A stretch of DNA of 62,836 nt, counting the filler, from Globobulimina sp. (Eukaryota): the NCBI GenBank assembly GCA_003354225.1. It is 46 parts of 46 records of this genome, joined end to end, with 100 filler letters (N's around TTAATTAATTAA, not from the genome) between each part and the next. Parts side by side here need not be neighbours in the genome. Positions count along the whole stretch, not along the records: positions 58,836 to 60,102 come from PIVH01019794.1; positions 60,203 to 61,469 come from PIVH01019795.1; positions 61,570 to 62,836 come from PIVH01019796.1; 43 more parts are not named here. One strand, written 5' to 3'. Made by a program: the position numbers and the translations under genes. The notes beneath the pieces are model-generated. The model did no database searches. It was not told the origin of the DNA and was given only the letters and a program-made list of their open reading frames with translations. Positions 58,736-62,836 of this stretch are shown in pieces; position 1 is the first letter of the stretch, and every line of letters begins with the position of its first letter.

Positions 58736-58952
58736 NNNNNNNNNNNNNNNNNNNNNNNNNNNNNNNNNNNNNNNNNNNNTTAATTAATTAANNNNNNNNN
58801 NNNNNNNNNNNNNNNNNNNNNNNNNNNNNNNNNNNGCTCGTTGTGAAGAATCCGCGCCAAAATTCGCATTAAATACACATAAATTACGTTATCCATTTAA
58901 CAATGATTCGTTTAACGGTGATATATTTTTATACCGTTTCAGCCAAGATTGT

Positions 58953-60102
58953 GTGATGCAGGATTTCAGCTTGTCTGAGTATAAAGAATTTGCTGCCAAA
59001 TCGCAAGATGACATTGGCAAAGTATTCAAACCAGCCATTAATGACAAAGACCAAGTAGTCGATGAAGATTCTGTTGATGACGAGGACGACGAAGAGGATC
59101 AATTAAGTTTAGGCCAAGATTTTATGCGCGAGATAATATTAAAAAAAGTCAGAGCTGATTTCCCCGCCAAATTTGGTCGCGAGCCAACCGAGGAAGAGTT
59201 AGAGAGTTACGTTTCTGGTACGATACAAGCCGCCGGCGCATTATTTGGATTTGGTGCTGAAAACGACGAGGCAGAAGACGCAGATGAAGAGGATGCAGAT
59301 TCCGACTATGATCCAAATGAAGATGAACAACAAAAAGTTGCCGATGAAAAAGAGGACTTGGCGGATGAGAATGAGTTAGAACAGGAATTGGCAGATGATG
59401 CAGATGAAGAGGATGCAGACTATGATCCAAAGGAAGATGAAGAACAACAGGTTGCGGATGAAGAGGAGGATTTGATCGATGAGGACGAGTTAGAACAGGA
59501 ATTGGAAGATATTGAAAATGCGCAGAATGAAGATAATGAACCATCAAAAGATGTGGATGAACCGGACGAGAAAGAAATTGTTAACTCTCAAGAGTTTGAG
59601 AACGAATTACGTGCCGCGATTGAGAATGTACAGCATATTGCCAAGCTCGATAAAGAGAAGATATTATCAATGGCACGACAGGAATATATCAACGATACCG
59701 GCGAGGAACCCACCCAACAAATGGTCGCTGCTGCATTTAAAATGTTTGCTATTGATGAGGATGAAGAGGAGAATGAAGCGGAGAATGAAGAGAAGAGTGC
59801 TGATATTGAAGCAGCGGAAGATGCCGAGCTCAATGCGGAGGTATTTGAGAAGGAATTTGGCGAAGCCTTAGAGACTGTGCGTGAATTAGGCCAAACCCAT
59901 CAGAAGACTTTGGTTGATAAAATATGTCAAACCTTTGGTGAATTACATGGTAAGGAACCAACAACGGAAGAAATGTGTGGGATATTTGCGCGAATTCAAA
60001 GTAAATTGGCTGAAGAAGCGATGGAAGATTTTATTGAAAAGAATAATGCCTCCGATGATGTCGAAAATGATTCGGATTATGAACCAAATGAGGAAGAGTT
60101 AC
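58953..60102 (+). CDS. Highly acidic repeat protein, partial
   Basis: Asp/Glu-rich. Three G.EPT helical modules and two ~39-aa tandem acidic repeats (about 59277-59510). Confidence 0.7.
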
Positions 60103-60501
60103 NNNNNNNNNNNNNNNNNNNNNNNNNNNNNNNNNNNNNNNNNNNNTTAATTAATTAANNNNNNNNNNNNNNNNNNNNNNNNNNNNNNNNNNNNNNNNNN
60201 NNAGATTGTAGAAAGATACATTGGCGTTGTGGAAAGACACAATGACTTTATGGAAAGACATAATGACAGCCGGCAAAGACCGCAACAGAAATCTCAGTGT
60301 CTGATTCATGATCCAAGATACCTGCATTGCTTCTTTTTTTTTCTCTTTTTTAATAGCATCTTGAATTCTTGATACGTATACACTTTCAGATATTAAATAA
60401 TAAATTGCTGCAATGAATTGCTGTATTTAAATTTTAATTCTAGTGTCAACTACAAAACATTTTCTGGACGAAACTCTAGCGCTGACATCAAAATCTTAAT
60501 A

Positions 60502-61044
60502 ATGGCAATGAGTTGGACAGATTGGTCATGGCTAATGATTAATTTTTTAGTGTTAACACCTATTGGATTACATTTCACAATGAAATATTTGCACCGATAT
60601 AAACGGGGCGATACTATAATCTCATTACGCCGGCCACGATTAGTATTATGCACATTATTTGCATCATTGTATTATATTTCAATTCATCAATCAACATACA
60701 TATTACTGTTAGCATACATTGACAATTACAAATGGCAATTTATATTCGACACAATTGGCTATCAAATAGTATTCACATTATATTTCTGGAGAGCATGGCA
60801 TCAATATTTTGCTTATCATTATGGCAGAATTAAAGCAGATCATATTTGGAAATCTGTTATTAACGAAAATTACGATCACATACAATACGAAAACAAAATA
60901 TTTATACGATACGCCGAAAAATTAGGTAATCCCTCCTTTACTATCTATATAATTATGATTTATCTCTTAATATATTCACTAATTATAACATTGACCACCA
61001 CTCTCTTTAACTCATTCGTAAGGGAGCATGTCAAAACAATGTGA
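60502..61044 (+). CDS. N-terminal TM region of the same 7TM(-RGS) family as 16429-17697, ending early
   Basis: ISLRRPRLV, and YFWRAWHQYF...HIWKSVIN...FIRYAEKLGN aligns by eye with WIWRFWLLHF...NEWQFVIN...YLKNRHKFGN. Confidence 0.65.
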   Translation: MAMSWTDWSWLMINFLVLTPIGLHFTMKYLHRYKRGDTIISLRRPRLVLCTLFASLYYISIHQSTYILLLAYIDNYKWQFIFDTIGYQIVFTLYFWRAWHQYFAYHYGRIKADHIWKSVINENYDHIQYENKIFIRYAEKLGNPSFTIYIIMIYLLIYSLIITLTTTLFNSFVREHVKTM

Positions 61045-61180
61045 TCGCTATATTTCATATTTTGAAAGTGGATCCCTACCTGATCCATGAGACTGAGTTT
61101 TTTTGACTGACTTTGTGTGACTGACTACAACTATTAAATACGTCAAATACATATACAAATCAATAAAAATCAAATATATT

Positions 61181-61469
61181 TCATTCTTCGCCATCCGAAT
61201 AGCATTTTTCACATAAATCATAATCACATTCTCTACAACCATACATATACAAAAATAATCTCTCATCACATTCATCACAATAAAATTCCTTTAGTATCGG
61301 CACAATTTGATTATCCAATCCATGTTTTCCTGGGCAATTTGAAATTTCTTTCTTTTTCTTTTTCTTTTTCTTTTTCTTTTTCTTTTTCTTTTTCTTCTTT
61401 CTTTTTTCTTTCTTTTTCTTTTCTTTTTCCTTTTTCTTTTTAGGTGCTTTTAATGATGGCACCAATTCT
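61181..61469 (-). CDS. C-terminal fragment with poly-Lys tract and ZZ-like zinc finger
   Basis: CPGKHGL...FYCDEC.......YGCRECDYDLCEKC. Confidence 0.7.
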
Positions 61470-61569
61470 NNNNNNNNNNNNNNNNNNNNNNNNNNNNNNN
61501 NNNNNNNNNNNNNTTAATTAATTAANNNNNNNNNNNNNNNNNNNNNNNNNNNNNNNNNNNNNNNNNNNN

Positions 61570-62836
61570 ATTCACATAAACGTTGCACCGGCAAATTTAA
61601 TGGTTTTGGTGGATTTGCACCTTTCTCTGTAGCAATTTCTTTAATTCGTGCTGCATTTTTTGGTGATCTTATTTTTAATAAAATTAATTTATATGCACAT
61701 AAAAATCCTAATTTAAATTTGCCGCCATCACATTCTGTTGCATGTTTAATAGCGATTGCAAAGCGATGCATATCACTCCACCACGAATTAAATCCAACCC
61801 AATCTGACTCTGATACATCTAATGTTAAATTTTTATTCATATACTCAATAAATCGTGATTTTATACGTCCAATTCCATGCTTATTTTGCTTACAATATGG
61901 ACCGTCACCATTAAATATTTGCCAATCAACCTCTAATAACTGCTTAATTTTACCTTTTCTATTTTCACTGCGCAATTCCGCCTCATCCTTCGTTTCATCC
62001 TCAATATTAGCCTCTTGACCTAAATATGTATCAATCAATGCTGTCAAATGTCTCGCTGAGGAATCTATTAATTTTTTACTTTGTCCTTCAGCCGATGTGA
62101 TCGGCGATAATTCAAATGGCGCCGCTATAAAATTCAATTCTTTTGGGTCCGATAACATTTTAAAAATAACATGCATTTCAGTGCTCAGCGTTCCTGATGA
62201 AAAGACATCCATTGTTGAAAGACATGGATTTGGACCTATACGTATAACAAAAACATAACAAACATATCACAAACACATCGCAAACATATCACAAACACAT
62301 CGCAAACTTATAGCAAAATTATAGCAAACTCGCAAACTTATATTAAACTCACAAACTTATCACAAACAGAATGTATACAAACCATTCCATGGTCGTGGTT
62401 TATTTAATTGTTTCCTTAGATTTGCCTGCAATGCATCATGAACAATTAATTGATAATATTTTAATCTGTTAACACTTAAACCAATGTCGCCAGTAAACCC
62501 ATGATTGCGATGTATCAAATACAAATCACGTGGATACGCAACATCAGGTCCATGATGTCGCAGTACATGCAAATACGCCTCCAATTGAGTCCTCAAACCT
62601 TTATCATTGGCATAATTTGATTTTTTTGCTCTCCCCATCGAGTATTTATGCCCAGCTCTTTTCGCATGCCTCCAATGCTTCTGATAAACCAACTGCCATT
62701 GTTTTGTTTGTTTAATAAAATCTGTATCCATGCACGACACCGCATATTCGGATTTTGCGTATATTGTTTGCTGTTTATCATCAAAAGTAAAACATGCAAC
62801 ACAGCCAAACTCATATTTATTTCCATCCTTTCGCAT
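61570..62836 (-). mobile_element. hAT-superfamily (ZNF862-like) transposase, internal part; intron 62236-62382
   Basis: Spliced frame PWN|GPNPCLSTMDVFS (first D), TSAEG, FNGDGPY (second D) and WWSDMHRFAIAIKHA (CxxH position). Upstream helical region LEAYLHV...P...Y...G. Confidence 0.65.
62255..62368. repeat. Degenerate 10-11-bp tandem repeat (CAAACATATCA/CAAACTTAT) inside the transposase intron
   Basis: AAACATATCACAAACACATCGC occurs twice, followed by CAAACT variants. Confidence 0.8.

Noticed and set aside
59140..59200. Sigma-70 region 3 (GREPTEEEL)
   Set aside because: No sigma regions 2 or 4. The motif recurs three times in an acidic eukaryotic-style protein.
1..62836. Regularly spaced TTAATTAATTAA repeats, and apparent clustering of ART, transposon and metabolic genes as one system
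   Set aside because: These are artificial linkers between size-sorted unrelated contigs. Adjacency carries no biological information, and ORFs running into X stretches are artefacts.

Overview
The window is not one locus. It is an artificial concatenation of 46 unrelated short contigs (1269, then 1268, then 1267 bp, i.e. size-sorted), joined by 100-nt linkers (N44-TTAATTAATTAA-N44, stops in all six frames), so gene order across linkers means nothing. Most contigs are AT-rich eukaryotic genomic DNA with short (about 50-70 nt) GT-AG introns and the standard code. A highly divergent beta-tubulin (PQGFQ, NGKYLAASC.YRG, DDF motifs), PT-repeat surface proteins and 7TM-RGS genes point to a foraminiferan/retarian protist (inference). 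Recognisable genes, mostly partial: hexokinase, UXS1, Gnt1-type GlcNAc transferase, myosin, DNAH10-like dynein, aconitase, OTC, a KCNH/CNG-type K+ channel, GH47, patatin, BTB-BACK, MIF4G, PPR-SMR, CHAT, HAD_SAK, FkbM and three different ADP-ribosyltransferase folds. Three pseudogenes are present (GH35, ABCB, beta-tubulin). Mobile DNA includes a complete hAT-type MITE with 8-bp TSD, an intron-containing hAT-like transposase, retroelement protease, integrase and zf-RVT remnants, and a bacterial-like tyrosine recombinase N-terminus. The most unusual observations are a SAP-like domain fused in frame ahead of triosephosphate isomerase (missed by the ORF track), a tRNA-shaped RNA without a canonical anticodon loop upstream of iterated sites and a recombinase, a CHAT protease domain with an RRM-like insert, and a 22-bp minisatellite with paired substitutions. 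All family assignments are by eye from motifs; no database search was run.
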